A stretch of DNA of 64,000 nt, from contig CALGAK010000025.1 in NCBI GenBank assembly GCA_937954085.1, positions 9,317 through 73,316 of the forward strand. Direction: 5' to 3'. Made by a program: the position numbers and the translations under genes. Each line of letters opens with the position of its first letter. The first letter of the stretch is position 1. Source of the stretch: an uncultured Bacteroidota bacterium. GTDB lineage: Bacteria > Bacteroidota > Bacteroidia > Bacteroidales > M50B96. This document shows positions 9,861 to 20,780 of this stretch, one piece after another. A model generated the notes under the pieces. The model was not told the DNA's origin. It saw only the letters and a list, made by a program, of their open reading frames with translations, and ran no database searches.

Positions 9861-11186
9861 TCATAAGCATGTAAATTTCACAAATTCCTTGGTACTATCA
9901 TCTATTCTAAAACGATTATCAATCCGATAACCGATTACCCAAACGATATCTTCTCCTGATAATAACAACCAAATCTTCTTTTTCTTGTATTTGGGGACTT
10001 TTTGGTCGATAAAAAAATCGGAAATTAACTTTGAATGATTCATCCCGAAGGGAAAAAAGCGATCTCCCTCTCTCCAGTGGCGTATTTTGAGTGGAAACTT
10101 CAATTTGGCTGCATCCACATAAGCTACTGGTGCTTTAAAAGACAAATTTTCAAGAGAATGAAAGGGCAATCTTTCTTTTTTAATCCTGATCGGCCGGGGT
10201 ATCATGAACTTATCTTCTGACCAAAGATACTCATTTTGAAAATCCTTATTCTTGATTATCTCGAAGCGAAGGAATTCCTTTTCAAGGTAAAACCAACCAC
10301 TACCCGATTCAAATTCTTGTCCATAACTGCCTGCTAAAAAGTGATCCAGCAGTTGGGTTGTGGCCGATACCGATAATTGCCGCCGAAGTAAATATTCGGT
10401 AAGAAGGTGTTCAGCGTACTTCTCCTTCATCAAATCCTGTCGGAAAATGGTTTCCCCATCTTCATCTGCCCTAATAAGTTGCGAAAGATGAGATTCAATA
10501 AAATCTTCGTGTATTGCTGCTGCTTTCGATAAATGGTTTAAGGATCGATGCATGGATTCACTCGCATTTGGACGTAGCTCTCTCATTTTAGGAAGCAGTT
10601 GATGTCGTATCCGATTTCTAAGGTATGAATCACTTGCATTACTTCGATCCTCCCTATAAAAAACAGAATGATTTGCTGCATATTCTTCCAAAGAGTTGCG
10701 AGTAAATGCAAGGAGCGGTCGGAGTAGATATTGATTCTTAAGCATGATTCCCTTTAGGCCTCGTATCCCCGACCCTCTCAGAAAGTTAATGAAAAAAGTT
10801 TCCATTGAATCGTCGGCATGGTGTCCCAAGAGAATAGCTTCAGCCATTAATTCTGACCGTAGTTTCTCAAACCAGGTATAACGGAGGATTCGCGCTGCTT
10901 CTTGAATACTTAGCTGGTTTTCGGCTGCGTAAGTTTCCGTTTGAAAGGATTTAACAAAACAAGGAATTCCTCGTTGTTGACAGTATTGGATCACAAATTC
11001 CTGATCGGCATCGGACTCGAAGCCTCTCAACTTAAAATTACAATGCGCAACAAAGATGGTGTAATTTGTTTGCTCCAATAGATGTAACAGTACCATCGAA
11101 TCTAATCCTCCACTTACAGCCACTAGAACCCGACTTTCGTTTGTGGTCAGGTTCATTCGCAATACATTTTGAAGATGAGGCATCAT
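9861..11186 (-). CDS. tilS: tRNA(Ile)-lysidine synthetase
   Basis: PP-loop motif [12 protein letters not shown], followed by HHADD… and a TilS-like C-terminal domain. 441 aa. Confidence 0.85.
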   Translation of the reverse strand: MMPHLQNVLRMNLTTNESRVLVAVSGGLDSMVLLHLLEQTNYTIFVAHCNFKLRGFESDADQEFVIQYCQQRGIPCFVKSFQTETYAAENQLSIQEAARILRYTWFEKLRSELMAEAILLGHHADDSMETFFINFLRGSGIRGLKGIMLKNQYLLRPLLAFTRNSLEEYAANHSVFYREDRSNASDSYLRNRIRHQLLPKMRELRPNASESMHRSLNHLSKAAAIHEDFIESHLSQLIRADEDGETIFRQDLMKEKYAEHLLTEYLLRRQLSVSATTQLLDHFLAGSYGQEFESGSGWFYLEKEFLRFEIIKNKDFQNEYLWSEDKFMIPRPIRIKKERLPFHSLENLSFKAPVAYVDAAKLKFPLKIRHWREGDRFFPFGMNHSKLISDFFIDQKVPKYKKKKIWLLLSGEDIVWVIGYRIDNRFRIDDSTKEFVKFTCL

Positions 11187-11201
11187 TTGACGAATACTTT
11201 T

Positions 11202-11238
11202 AAAAAAAATCCTAAGCTAATGATAAGCTTAGGATTTT
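11202..11238 (-). terminator. Rho-independent terminator after sucC
   Basis: The minus strand reads AAATCCTAAGCT-TATCAT-TAGCTTAGGATTT followed by TTTTT, about 50 nt after the sucC stop. Confidence 0.6.
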
Positions 11239-11286
11239 TGGATGTTATGAGGCAGCTAGCCTACCTTTTGAGAAAACGATCGAAAA

Positions 11287-12474
11287 TTACACGACTTGTT
11301 TTACCAAATCGGCAGCTTCTTTCAAGGTGATTGCTGAATAAACTTTAAGTCCGGAAGCATCAATCAGTTCTTTCCCTTCCTGAGCATTTGTTCCTTGTAA
11401 GCGGACGATTACCGGTACTTCGATGTTTCCAATTTTGTTGTAAGCATCGACTACCCCTTGTGCCACTCGGTCGCAACGAACAATTCCGCCAAAGATGTTA
11501 ATCAGAATAGCTTTAACGGCTGGATCTTTGAGAATAATACGGAATCCTGCTTCAACGGTTTCAGCATTGGCTGTACCTCCCACATCGAGGAAGTTAGCAG
11601 GGTCGCCACCACTCAGCTTGATAATATCCATGGTGGCCATTGCGAGACCGGCACCGTTTACCATACAACCAACATTTCCATCTAGTTTGACGAAATTGAG
11701 GTTATATTTTCCAGCTTCTACTTCGGTTGGATCTTCTTCGGTGATATCGCGCATTTCAGCATATTCCGGATGGCGATAAAGCGCGTTATCGTCCAGGTTG
11801 ACTTTACAATCGGCGGCCAGAATGAGATCGTCGGATGTTTTAAAAACTGGATTGATTTCAAACATACTAGCATCCGTTTCTACGTATGCTTTGTAGAGCG
11901 AAGCAACAAATTTTGTCATTTGTTTGAAAGCTTTGCCACTCAAACCTAAGTTGAAAGCTACTCGGCGAGCTTGAAAAGGCATGAGCCCAACTTTCGGATC
12001 TACTTCTTCTTTAAAAATCAAGTGAGGAGTTTCGGCAGCGACCGTTTCGATATCCATTCCCCCTTCGGTCGAATACATAATGATATTTCTTCCGGTTGCA
12101 CGGTTGAGCAGTACGCTCATATAAAATTCTTGAATCTCACTTTCGCCCGGATAATAAATGCTTTGTTCAACAAGTACCTTGTGAACCGTTTTACCTTCCG
12201 GCCCAGTTTGATGCGTAACGAGGTTCATGCCTAAAATTTGTTCAGCATAAGGAGTTACTTCTTCAATGGATTTGGCAATTTTCACTCCTCCTCCTTTACC
12301 GCGACCGCCAGCATGGATTTGAGCTTTTACGGCAAAACTATCGCAACCTGCAACTGATTTAACCTGTTTTGCAGCTTCGTAAGCTTTGGATGGGTGATCG
12401 ATTACAACTCCTTCGGGAACGGCTACGCCGAACTGGCGCAAAATGTACTTACCCTGATATTCGTGTAGATTCAT
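11287..12474 (-). CDS. sucC: Succinate--CoA ligase (ADP-forming), beta subunit
   Basis: [17 protein letters not shown]…, an ATP-grasp domain and the GGIVRCD motif. 395 aa. No sucD is adjacent in this window. Confidence 0.95.
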   Translation of the reverse strand: MNLHEYQGKYILRQFGVAVPEGVVIDHPSKAYEAAKQVKSVAGCDSFAVKAQIHAGGRGKGGGVKIAKSIEEVTPYAEQILGMNLVTHQTGPEGKTVHKVLVEQSIYYPGESEIQEFYMSVLLNRATGRNIIMYSTEGGMDIETVAAETPHLIFKEEVDPKVGLMPFQARRVAFNLGLSGKAFKQMTKFVASLYKAYVETDASMFEINPVFKTSDDLILAADCKVNLDDNALYRHPEYAEMRDITEEDPTEVEAGKYNLNFVKLDGNVGCMVNGAGLAMATMDIIKLSGGDPANFLDVGGTANAETVEAGFRIILKDPAVKAILINIFGGIVRCDRVAQGVVDAYNKIGNIEVPVIVRLQGTNAQEGKELIDASGLKVYSAITLKEAADLVKQVV

Positions 12475-12637
12475 AATGGTGTTTGTTTATGGATAATTGG
12501 CTTGTTTAATCGACTAAGTAAAAGGCTTGGGAGTGAGCACGGGAGCTTCGTCCTTAAGCGTGACGAAGATAAATTTTTCCATGGTTTGAGCAAAGCAATT
12601 TTCCTACTTTTGTCGGCCTGTAAACAGGAGGAAACCT

Positions 12638-13168
12638 ATGCGCAAAAGGAAAAACAGTGAATTAGGCCGATTAAGCATCGAGGCGTTTAAAGAGACTCCC
12701 AAAATACCCGTTATCGTTGTATTAGATAACATTCGAAGTTTGCATAATGTAGGTTCGGTTTTTCGAACATCCGATGCCTTACTAATTGAATCGATCTATT
12801 TGTGTGGTTTTACTGCTCAACCGCCTCATCCTGAGATTCACAAAACTGCGCTCGGAGCCACCGAATCGGTTCAGTGGGAATATTTTGATTCAGGATTAGC
12901 TGCACTTGAAGCATTGAAAAAAGAATCCTATACGCTTATCGCAATTGAACAGGTAGAAGGGAGCATTCCTTTGAACCGCTTTTTGCCGAAAGCAAATGAA
13001 AAGTATGCCCTCTTTTTTGGAAATGAGGTAAGGGGCGTTCAGCAAGAAATAGTCGACGCCTGCCATCATGCTATCGAAATACCCCAATACGGAACCAAGC
13101 ATAGTTTTAACATCAGCGTAAGTGTTGGGATTGTGTTATGGGATTTCTTTTCCAAAATACGTTTATAA
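12638..13168 (+). CDS. SpoU/TrmH-family RNA 2'-O-methyltransferase
   Basis: Motifs LDNIRSLHNVGSVFRTSDA, …FGNEVRGV… and …IPQYGTKHSFNISVSVGIVLW are typical of SpoU-type methylases. Confidence 0.8.
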   Translation: MRKRKNSELGRLSIEAFKETPKIPVIVVLDNIRSLHNVGSVFRTSDALLIESIYLCGFTAQPPHPEIHKTALGATESVQWEYFDSGLAALEALKKESYTLIAIEQVEGSIPLNRFLPKANEKYALFFGNEVRGVQQEIVDACHHAIEIPQYGTKHSFNISVSVGIVLWDFFSKIRL

Positions 13169-13200
13169 AAAAAAGCTGCCTCGATGAGACAGCTTTTTTT
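13166..13200. terminator. Bidirectional rho-independent terminator between convergent genes
   Basis: AAAAAAAAGCTGCCTC-GAT-GAGACAGCTTTTTTTT. The A-run and T-run flank an imperfect hairpin between the trmH-like (+) and lipoprotein (-) stops. Confidence 0.65.
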
Positions 13201-13222
13201 ATGTATTGAAGATTCCGAAACC

Positions 13223-14968
13223 TTATTTAACCAATCCCGCAAATTCGGGGGTTTCGAAAAACTTATAGAATTCCAAATCGGTCTTAGCTTTACCAGCTAG
13301 GCTCGACTCCTTACTAATAGCCGTTTTCAAATTCGAAATTAATAGCTCGTTGTTCGAAGTACGAGCACCAATAACTGCTTTTAGGTAGTAATCCATAGCT
13401 GATTTGCTTGGAATGGCATCGATGATAGCTAACGCGTCGTTGGTAGAACCATTCATTAAGGCAGCCAGAGCAGCATTAAAATCTTTTACATTACCAATAT
13501 TTTTAACCGCATCGGCATAGGCTCCTTCTTTAATTTGAATCATACCTAAGTTGTAGGCAACTTTGGAATCGGCGCCTAAGGCACCCATGAAATAGTTACG
13601 AGCTGCTTCCACATTGCCACTAAGCAATTCACATGCACCTAGGTTGTTCATGACATAGCTATTATTTTCAAGCGATTTGGCTTTTTCAAATGCAGCCTTA
13701 GCAGCCGAGAGGTCATTTTTCATGAAGTAAATATAACCTTCGTTGTTAGGTCCTCTCCAATCGGAAGGATAAGTAGAAGAGAATGCCTGATAAAGCTTAA
13801 GCTTTTCGTCTTGGTTTTCGACCAATTCAGCTGCATGAAGTAATTCAGCAGGATTTAAAGAATCGGGGCTGTTGGCAGCGATGGCAGCAATTTCTTCGTC
13901 GGATTTTCCAATGCGAGTTGCATTTACAAAATACTTGGAACGACGGAGTTGAGGCAATACATTTTCGGCTAATTCGACATAAGCAGCAGAGATGTTTTTA
14001 ATTTCTTTCTCGCGTACTTCGACATCTTTGTACATACTCAACACTCGAAGGATTACTTCTTTATCTTGGATATTCGAAGCTCTTACTAATTGTTCAAAAC
14101 CTTCCCAGTCTTCCGCAGTGGTACTGGCTTTTACATCGGCGTCAGCAAGTTTCTTTCTTTTAAGTTCTCGCTTAATGTAATTTTCGGCAGTGGAACCACG
14201 ACGATCAGAAAGTTTTGTATTCAGGTCTAAAGCACCATCGGGAGAGGCATAAGAAGAGATAGCAACGTTTTCTAATTTCAAACGTTCATCGGATTTAATT
14301 TCATCGAGGAATTCTCTCATTTTAACCAAGTCTTCTTTCTTCAATTCAGAGTTCCGGAGCTGAGCTTGTTGAATTAAATAGAGGATATCGGCATTTACCG
14401 TTTCTGGAACTTCACGTTGAAAAACGCTTGCATTAGGATCGTAAACGGAGGGATTTTGATTGATTTTAAGGGTGGTTCCTTTTAGAACTTGAGGAGTAAA
14501 CTGAACCAGGTTTGGGGTAGCAATTACACCATCGGCTAATTTTACTTCGGGAAGAGAAACCGATTTGGAGCCTTTAGCAGCAGTAATTTTAAGTTTCAGT
14601 TCTGATTTACGCATCGATTCTTCGAACGCAAATTTTTCTGTGTAAGCAAAGTCGCCCCCATTATCGTAACTGATAACCTTATTGTTGGCTTGAACTTTTT
14701 CTCCTTGCAGTTTAATTGGCTTCAATTCTTTGATAACCTTTTCACCATCAACGATCACGGGAGTAAGAGTCAGTTCAGCTGACTTAACGAAAAACTTTGG
14801 CGGGAATTCGCCATTGATTTTCACCTCAACTTCTCCACCATGGAGTTCAAGGATTTCTGGTTGAACCGAATACTTTACCAGTTCGGCATTTTTGACCATC
14901 TTATTGATACCACTACAACCTGCTAGCAAGATAGCAGCGAACAGTACCGGAAAAATTTTCATTTTCAT
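13223..14968 (-). CDS. Lipoprotein with C-terminal TPR-like repeats (function unknown)
   Basis: Signal peptide plus lipobox MKMKIFPVLFAAILLAGC. The C-terminal half contains repeated A/Y/N-rich helical TPR-like units (…AAKAAFEKAKSLENNSYVMNNLGACELLSGNVEAARNYF…). The start was chosen at MKMKIF; the track start is 15007. Confidence 0.6.
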   Translation of the reverse strand: MKMKIFPVLFAAILLAGCSGINKMVKNAELVKYSVQPEILELHGGEVEVKINGEFPPKFFVKSAELTLTPVIVDGEKVIKELKPIKLQGEKVQANNKVISYDNGGDFAYTEKFAFEESMRKSELKLKITAAKGSKSVSLPEVKLADGVIATPNLVQFTPQVLKGTTLKINQNPSVYDPNASVFQREVPETVNADILYLIQQAQLRNSELKKEDLVKMREFLDEIKSDERLKLENVAISSYASPDGALDLNTKLSDRRGSTAENYIKRELKRKKLADADVKASTTAEDWEGFEQLVRASNIQDKEVILRVLSMYKDVEVREKEIKNISAAYVELAENVLPQLRRSKYFVNATRIGKSDEEIAAIAANSPDSLNPAELLHAAELVENQDEKLKLYQAFSSTYPSDWRGPNNEGYIYFMKNDLSAAKAAFEKAKSLENNSYVMNNLGACELLSGNVEAARNYFMGALGADSKVAYNLGMIQIKEGAYADAVKNIGNVKDFNAALAALMNGSTNDALAIIDAIPSKSAMDYYLKAVIGARTSNNELLISNLKTAISKESSLAGKAKTDLEFYKFFETPEFAGLVK

Positions 14969-15192
14969 ACTTGTTTTATCTTTTATGAATAAACTATTAA
15001 AATTCAAGCATTTAGAGTCAAAAACTTTTCATTAAAATCACTCAAAAACGATGTTTGAAAAGCAGTTTACTCCCGTTCATTGAACAGGTCGCAAATGTAA
15101 AGAATGTTTTCAAGAAATAAAAGGTGAAAGAAGCCATGGACTGACTGACTAATAGGGCTTTTCTTATGTTTATTAGCAGTAAACAAAGCCGG

Positions 15193-15831
15193 CTAGAGAA
15201 ACAGGCGTGAAATTCCTTCGGGGTAATCCTGGAGCATTATTTTTTCCTTAAGTAATTCGTAATCGGCAGAGTTTTTAACATAATCAAGCTCTCCTAAATC
15301 AATGATCAGGATCTTAAGATGAGTTTGTTGTTTAAAAAAGTCGAAATAGGCTTGTTGAATACTTTGAAGATAAGCCGATGGGATTTGTTGCTCGTATGCT
15401 CGACCACGTTTCTGGATATTGAGCTGTAATCGGTCTACTGGAACATGAAGGTAAACATATAAATCCGGCCGGGGAACCTGCTGACTAATGATATGAAATA
15501 GCTGCGCATAGAGCTTTAGTTCATCGGGTGGTAAAGTAGTGGAGGCAAAGATGTACGACTTCATGAAGTAGTAGTCGGCAATCATCAATTGTTGGAATAG
15601 ATCGGGGTTACTTAATTCCTGTTTGAGCTGATGATATCGATCGGCAAGAAAACTAAGTTCCAAGGGGAAAGCATAACGATCTTTATCGAGATAGAACTTA
15701 GGAAGAAAATCATTGTCCTCGAACCTTTCCAATATGCTGCGCGCATTAAACTCTGCGCACAACATATTGACAAGGCTGGTCTTCCCCACTCCGATATTTC
15801 CCTCAATGACAATAAATCTTCGGTTAATCAT
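15193..15831 (-). CDS. Deoxynucleoside kinase
   Basis: P-loop IVIEGNIGVGKTSL plus ERF…FLP…F and DR motifs of the dNK/dCK family. 212 aa. Confidence 0.85.
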   Translation of the reverse strand: MINRRFIVIEGNIGVGKTSLVNMLCAEFNARSILERFEDNDFLPKFYLDKDRYAFPLELSFLADRYHQLKQELSNPDLFQQLMIADYYFMKSYIFASTTLPPDELKLYAQLFHIISQQVPRPDLYVYLHVPVDRLQLNIQKRGRAYEQQIPSAYLQSIQQAYFDFFKQQTHLKILIIDLGELDYVKNSADYELLKEKIMLQDYPEGISRLFL

Positions 15832-15852
15832 AAATCGGATTGGGATTCGGTA

Positions 15853-17973
15853 TTAAAACTGTGGTTCGATGCCCATATTATGGAAAATAAAGGCAAAAAT
15901 GTCCGAATATTCTTCAATCGATTTACTGGTTGGAGTACCTGCTCCGTGCCCTGCTTCTGTTTCAATTCGAATCATTACGGGGTTTTCTCCTGTATACTTC
16001 GATTGAAGCTCGGCAATGTATTTAAACGAATGAGCAGGTACTACCCGATCGTCGTGATCGGCAGTCATAACCAGAATGGCAGGATAATCCACCTCCGGTT
16101 TTACATTATGGACCGGAGAATAGCCTAGTAAATAATGAAACATTTCTTCACTTTCTTCGGAGGTTCCATAGTCGGTTGCCCAATAACGACCGATTGTAAA
16201 CTTATGATATTTAAGCATATCCATAACACCTACAGCCGGTATAGCAACGCGGAATAAGTCGGGACGCTGGTTCGTAACTGCACCAACAAGTAGACCTCCA
16301 TTAGAGCCACCGTTGATTGCGAGTAAACTTGAGTTGGTGTATTGATTTTCGATGAGGTATTCAGCAGCGGCAATAAAATCGTCGAAAACATTTTGCTTTT
16401 GAAGCTTGGTTCCGGCTTTGTGCCATTCCTCTCCATATTCGCCGCCGCCACGCAAGTTCGCTACGGCATACACTCCCCCTTGCTCTAACCAAACTAAAGG
16501 TCGCATACTGAAATTAGGAGTAAGCGAAATATTAAACCCGCCATAACCATAGAGTAAGGTCGGATTTTGACCATTTAATTCGATTCCCTTCTTGTGAACG
16601 ATAAACATCGGAACCTTTGTTCCATCTTTACTCGTGTAGAAAACCTGTTTAGTTTCGTAAGCTTCGGTATCAAACTGAATGGCAGATTCGCGGAATAAGC
16701 TCGATTGATTCGTTTCAGCATCATAATAATAGATAGAAGAAGGTGTTGTGAACGACGTAATGGTGTAGTATGTAAAAGTATCTCCCAACTTTCCGCTTAA
16801 TCCTCCAACACTTCCGATTAAGGGAAGGTCGATATCTTGCAGAAACTTACCCTGCATATCGTGCATCTTCACAACATCGTGTGCGTCGATCATGTAATAA
16901 GCAATGAGCTTATTGTTTAGAACGCCCACCGATTTCAAAACATTCGTTTCCTCGGGAATTACATTCATCCAATTTTCTTCCTGGTAAGCCTGCGTATTTA
17001 TTTTGATCAGTCGATACATAGGAGCATTCTGATTGGTTAAAACCAGCAAATGTCCATCGAAATGCTCCACCACGCTGTAATCGTAATCGAAGGATTCCAC
17101 TACCTTATGAACCGGACCATTTTTTTTGGTTAAATCTTTAAAATAGAGTGCATTTCCGGAAGTTGACTCAGTAACTGAAATAATTAAAATTTGATCGTCG
17201 TCGGTCACCCCAGCCGAAAATCCCCATTCAGGATGACTAGTATCTTCATATATCAATTCATCATCGGCCTGACTGGTGCCAACACGATGATAGTAGATTT
17301 TCGAATGGGTATTTACCCCTTTTAGCTCATCCCCTGCTTCTGGTTTAGGGTAGCGTGTATAAAAGAAACCATCTCCGTACCAACTAATTCCGGTGAATTT
17401 GGCCCATTCAATATGATCCTCCAACAGTTTTCCGGATTCAACTTCCATCACGTAAATCTCTCTCCAATCGGATCCTCCGCGACTAATGCCATAGGCTACA
17501 TACTTGCCGTTGTCGGATACTGTAAAATTGGTCAGTGAAACAGTACCATCTTCCGAAAGGGTATTCGGGTCCAGAAAGATGGTTCCTTCTAGGTCGTTAT
17601 GGTTAGCAAGGCGATAAATGACGGATTGATTTTGCAATCCATCATTCTTTGACATAAACCATAATCCACCTCTTTTAAAAGGTGCAGAATATTTTGGGTA
17701 ATCCCATAATTCGGTAAATCGCTGTTTAATGGCATCTCTGAATGAGATTCCGGATAGGTAGGCATTCGTAACTTGATTTTGGTTTTTAACCCAGGCTTTG
17801 GTCTCTTCTGAATTGTCGTCTTCCAACCAATGATAAGGGTCGGCTACGGGAGTTCCAAAATAGTCATCAATTTGATCCGCTTTTCGCGTTTCCGGATAGG
17901 TAAATTGCTGCATAGGCTTCTGATTACATGAAATAAAGAGCACAAGAATTAGAGGAATAATGAGATGTTTCAT
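15853..17973 (-). CDS. Prolyl oligopeptidase (S9A family), secreted or periplasmic
   Basis: 706 aa. N-terminal signal/lipobox-like LILVLFISC, then YPETRKAD…DDYFG…DPYHWLED (classic POP N-terminus). Catalytic GGSNGGLL serine motif and C-terminal DDRV…GHG. Confidence 0.9.
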   Translation of the reverse strand: MKHLIIPLILVLFISCNQKPMQQFTYPETRKADQIDDYFGTPVADPYHWLEDDNSEETKAWVKNQNQVTNAYLSGISFRDAIKQRFTELWDYPKYSAPFKRGGLWFMSKNDGLQNQSVIYRLANHNDLEGTIFLDPNTLSEDGTVSLTNFTVSDNGKYVAYGISRGGSDWREIYVMEVESGKLLEDHIEWAKFTGISWYGDGFFYTRYPKPEAGDELKGVNTHSKIYYHRVGTSQADDELIYEDTSHPEWGFSAGVTDDDQILIISVTESTSGNALYFKDLTKKNGPVHKVVESFDYDYSVVEHFDGHLLVLTNQNAPMYRLIKINTQAYQEENWMNVIPEETNVLKSVGVLNNKLIAYYMIDAHDVVKMHDMQGKFLQDIDLPLIGSVGGLSGKLGDTFTYYTITSFTTPSSIYYYDAETNQSSLFRESAIQFDTEAYETKQVFYTSKDGTKVPMFIVHKKGIELNGQNPTLLYGYGGFNISLTPNFSMRPLVWLEQGGVYAVANLRGGGEYGEEWHKAGTKLQKQNVFDDFIAAAEYLIENQYTNSSLLAINGGSNGGLLVGAVTNQRPDLFRVAIPAVGVMDMLKYHKFTIGRYWATDYGTSEESEEMFHYLLGYSPVHNVKPEVDYPAILVMTADHDDRVVPAHSFKYIAELQSKYTGENPVMIRIETEAGHGAGTPTSKSIEEYSDIFAFIFHNMGIEPQF

Positions 17974-18348
17974 GATGTGATGTTTTGATTATTAATTTAT
18001 TAGCTATAATGAATCTTTAATTGACCCCATCTTTAACGAATAGGATGGGAAAACGGATACAAAAGTAAGGCAATATTTACATTTCTGTTTCTTCAGGTCT
18101 TGAAAATGGTGAAGGCATCGGCAACCTCGTGGCGACACTCTCCCCATAAGCAGCTCTAAAATATGAGTAGGTAAAAATTTCCACCAGGAACAATGTGCTG
18201 TTTTTAGTGTTTTTAAGCAATACGGTAGGATTCTTTTTCTATTTTTACCTAGGTCTTATCCCTAAAAAAATTGACGTTCTTAAGCCATAAATAAATATCG
18301 ATATGTTAAACCAGGTTTATTTTTATAAACCGCTAAGCCTATCTTACC

Positions 18349-19956
18349 TTGTTTAAAATCGAATCAAAAATCAACCCCCAATCGGACCATTTTCAGCAAC
18401 AATGGCAAGCTTATCAATCCATCCTTTCGGAATTTAAATCACGTTTAGAAAAGGTTAAGCACGAACGCTCTCCTGGTTCCATTGAAAAACACCGGGAACG
18501 TGGCAAATTATTAGCACGGGAGCGAATCAATTTGCTCCTCGACCGAGATACACCTTTCTTGGAGTTTTCCGCCATGGCTGCCAATGGTTCCTATCGCGAT
18601 GAGTTTCCATCGTCTGGTATCATAACCGGTATTGGGATTGTTGAGGGTCGCGAAACGATTATCATTGCCAACGATGCAACCGTGAAAGGTGGCACCTACG
18701 TCAAAGAAACCATTAAAAAGCACGTAAGAGCGCAGGAAATTGCCCTGCAAAATCATTTGCCCTGCGTCTATATGGTGGATTCCGGAGGAGTCTTTTTGCC
18801 CGAACAAGCGAATGTTTTCCCCGACCGCTTCGACTTCGGACGCTTCTTTTACAATCAGGCTCGTTTAAGTGCTGCCGGAATTCCTCAAATTGCGGTCGTT
18901 ATGGGTTCATGCACTGCTGGAGGAGCTTATGTTCCTGCGATGAGCGACGAAACCATCATCGTACGAAATCAAGGAACTATTTTCATAGGAGGGCCACCCC
19001 TCGTGAAAGCGGCTACCGGCGTTGAGGTTAGTGCTGAAGAATTGGGAGGAGCTATGGTCCACACTTCCATTAGCGGGGTTGCCGATCATTTGGCCGAATC
19101 GGACGAGCACGCGATTCAGATTTGCCGCAATATTTTCCAAAGTTTCGAAAAGAATCAAAAACAGCTACTTGATGTCAAACCCATAGAAGATCCAATCTAC
19201 GATCCAACCGAATTGTATGGTTTGGCTCCCATTGATCTTAAAAAACCCGTCGATGTTCGTGAAATAATTGCTCGAATCGTCGATGGAAGTAAATTTCACG
19301 AGTTTAAAGCCAATTATGGCCCTACCCTCGTTACCGGTTTTGCTCACATCATGGGTTTTCCAATTGGCATTATTGGCAATAATGGAGTCCTCTTCTCAGA
19401 AACTTCATTAAAAGGTGCTCACTTCATCGAGTTATGTTCATTTCGGAAAATTCCGATTTTATTCTTACAAAACATTACGGGATTCATTGTGGGCAAAGAA
19501 TACGAGCATGGAGGAATAGCGCGCGATGGGGCGAAATTGGTGCATGCTGTTGCTAATGCCAATGTCCCAAAAATCACTGTAGTTATTGGAGGTTCATTTG
19601 GAGCCGGTAACTATGCTATGGCTGGGCGAGCCTTTGAGCCAAACTTCCTGTTTATGTGGCCTAATGCAAAAATTTCGGTGATGGGTGGCGAACAAGCAGC
19701 CAATGTCCTCATACAAGTCAAGGAAGATCAGTTGCGGGCTAAAGGGCAATCATTGCCGGAAGAGGAACGAACAAAAATGATGGACACCATCCTAGAAAAA
19801 TACGAAACCGAAGGCTCAGCCTATTATAGCACCTCGCGGATTTGGGACGATGGAATCATTGATCCGGCCGATACCCGTAAAATTCTTGCGCTCAGTATAG
19901 CTGCAAGTCTGAATAAACCTTTTAGCGAACCAGGATTTGGAGTATTCCGAATGTAA
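18349..19956 (+). CDS. Acyl-CoA carboxylase carboxyltransferase (beta) subunit, methylcrotonyl/geranyl-CoA carboxylase type
   Basis: 535 aa. Full-length carboxyltransferase pattern (…GKLLARERI…[10 protein letters not shown]…, …[11 protein letters not shown]…, …[18 protein letters not shown]…). An apparent TTG start is used, as no upstream ATG lies in frame. Confidence 0.9.
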   Translation: MFKIESKINPQSDHFQQQWQAYQSILSEFKSRLEKVKHERSPGSIEKHRERGKLLARERINLLLDRDTPFLEFSAMAANGSYRDEFPSSGIITGIGIVEGRETIIIANDATVKGGTYVKETIKKHVRAQEIALQNHLPCVYMVDSGGVFLPEQANVFPDRFDFGRFFYNQARLSAAGIPQIAVVMGSCTAGGAYVPAMSDETIIVRNQGTIFIGGPPLVKAATGVEVSAEELGGAMVHTSISGVADHLAESDEHAIQICRNIFQSFEKNQKQLLDVKPIEDPIYDPTELYGLAPIDLKKPVDVREIIARIVDGSKFHEFKANYGPTLVTGFAHIMGFPIGIIGNNGVLFSETSLKGAHFIELCSFRKIPILFLQNITGFIVGKEYEHGGIARDGAKLVHAVANANVPKITVVIGGSFGAGNYAMAGRAFEPNFLFMWPNAKISVMGGEQAANVLIQVKEDQLRAKGQSLPEEERTKMMDTILEKYETEGSAYYSTSRIWDDGIIDPADTRKILALSIAASLNKPFSEPGFGVFRM

Positions 19957-19967
19957 ATCAAGAACTT

Positions 19968-20762
19968 ATGCAATCATTTCAGACCATTTTTATTGAAAAA
20001 AAACAGTCCATCAGTACGATTTGGCTTAATCGGCCTACCATCCATAATGCCTTCAACGAGGTTATGATTCAAGAGATTATGGATGCATTCAATTATTTAT
20101 CGGAGGACGATGACACTAAGATTGTCATTTTACGAGGTAAAGGAAAATCCTTCTGCGCCGGAGCAGATTTGAATTGGATGCGCGATGTTGCCAATTATAG
20201 TTATGAACAAAATTATGCAGAGAGCCTGAACCTCTCGAAGTGTTTTTACTCCATATATACTTGCAAAAAACCTACGATAGCTATTGTTCATGGAGCTGCC
20301 ATTGGTGGCGCTAATGGCTTGTTGGCTGCCTGTGATTTTGCCTATGCCCAGGTAGATACCACCTTTTCGCTGAGTGAGGTAAAAATCGGTATTATTCCCG
20401 CCTGCATTTCACCTTATGTTACTAAGCGAGTTGGGGAATATTCCGCTAAAGAACTCATGCTTACAGGCAAACGTTTCAATGGACAAGAAGCTCAAGAGGT
20501 AAAACTTATTAATCGGTTTTTCGAATCCGATCCTGAAGCAGAATGCGTTCAACCGGTTATTGATCAGCTTCTTACAAGTGGGCCAAAAGCTATTTCGCAT
20601 TGTAAAAATTTGCTATTCCACCTTTGCAACGATTGGAGTTTGGAAACAGCACTCGATCAAACCGCTAAAATCATTGCCGATATCCGATCGAGCGACGAAG
20701 GTCAGGAGGGAATGGCAGCCTTCCTCGAAAAAAGAAAACCATCTTGGGTCAAACAACTGTAA
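19968..20762 (+). CDS. Enoyl-CoA hydratase/isomerase family protein (methylglutaconyl-CoA hydratase-like)
   Basis: Crotonase fold motifs: …LNRPTIHNAFN…, FCAGADLNWM, …GAAIGGANGLLAACD…, …EGMAAFLEKRKP. Confidence 0.85.
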   Translation: MQSFQTIFIEKKQSISTIWLNRPTIHNAFNEVMIQEIMDAFNYLSEDDDTKIVILRGKGKSFCAGADLNWMRDVANYSYEQNYAESLNLSKCFYSIYTCKKPTIAIVHGAAIGGANGLLAACDFAYAQVDTTFSLSEVKIGIIPACISPYVTKRVGEYSAKELMLTGKRFNGQEAQEVKLINRFFESDPEAECVQPVIDQLLTSGPKAISHCKNLLFHLCNDWSLETALDQTAKIIADIRSSDEGQEGMAAFLEKRKPSWVKQL

Positions 20763-20780
20763 ACTTTTCAACCATAACAC

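Noticed and set aside
15631-16128. A 165-aa plus-strand ORF spanning the junction of the deoxynucleoside kinase and prolyl oligopeptidase genes.
   Set aside because: It is antisense to two well-supported genes and has no motifs.
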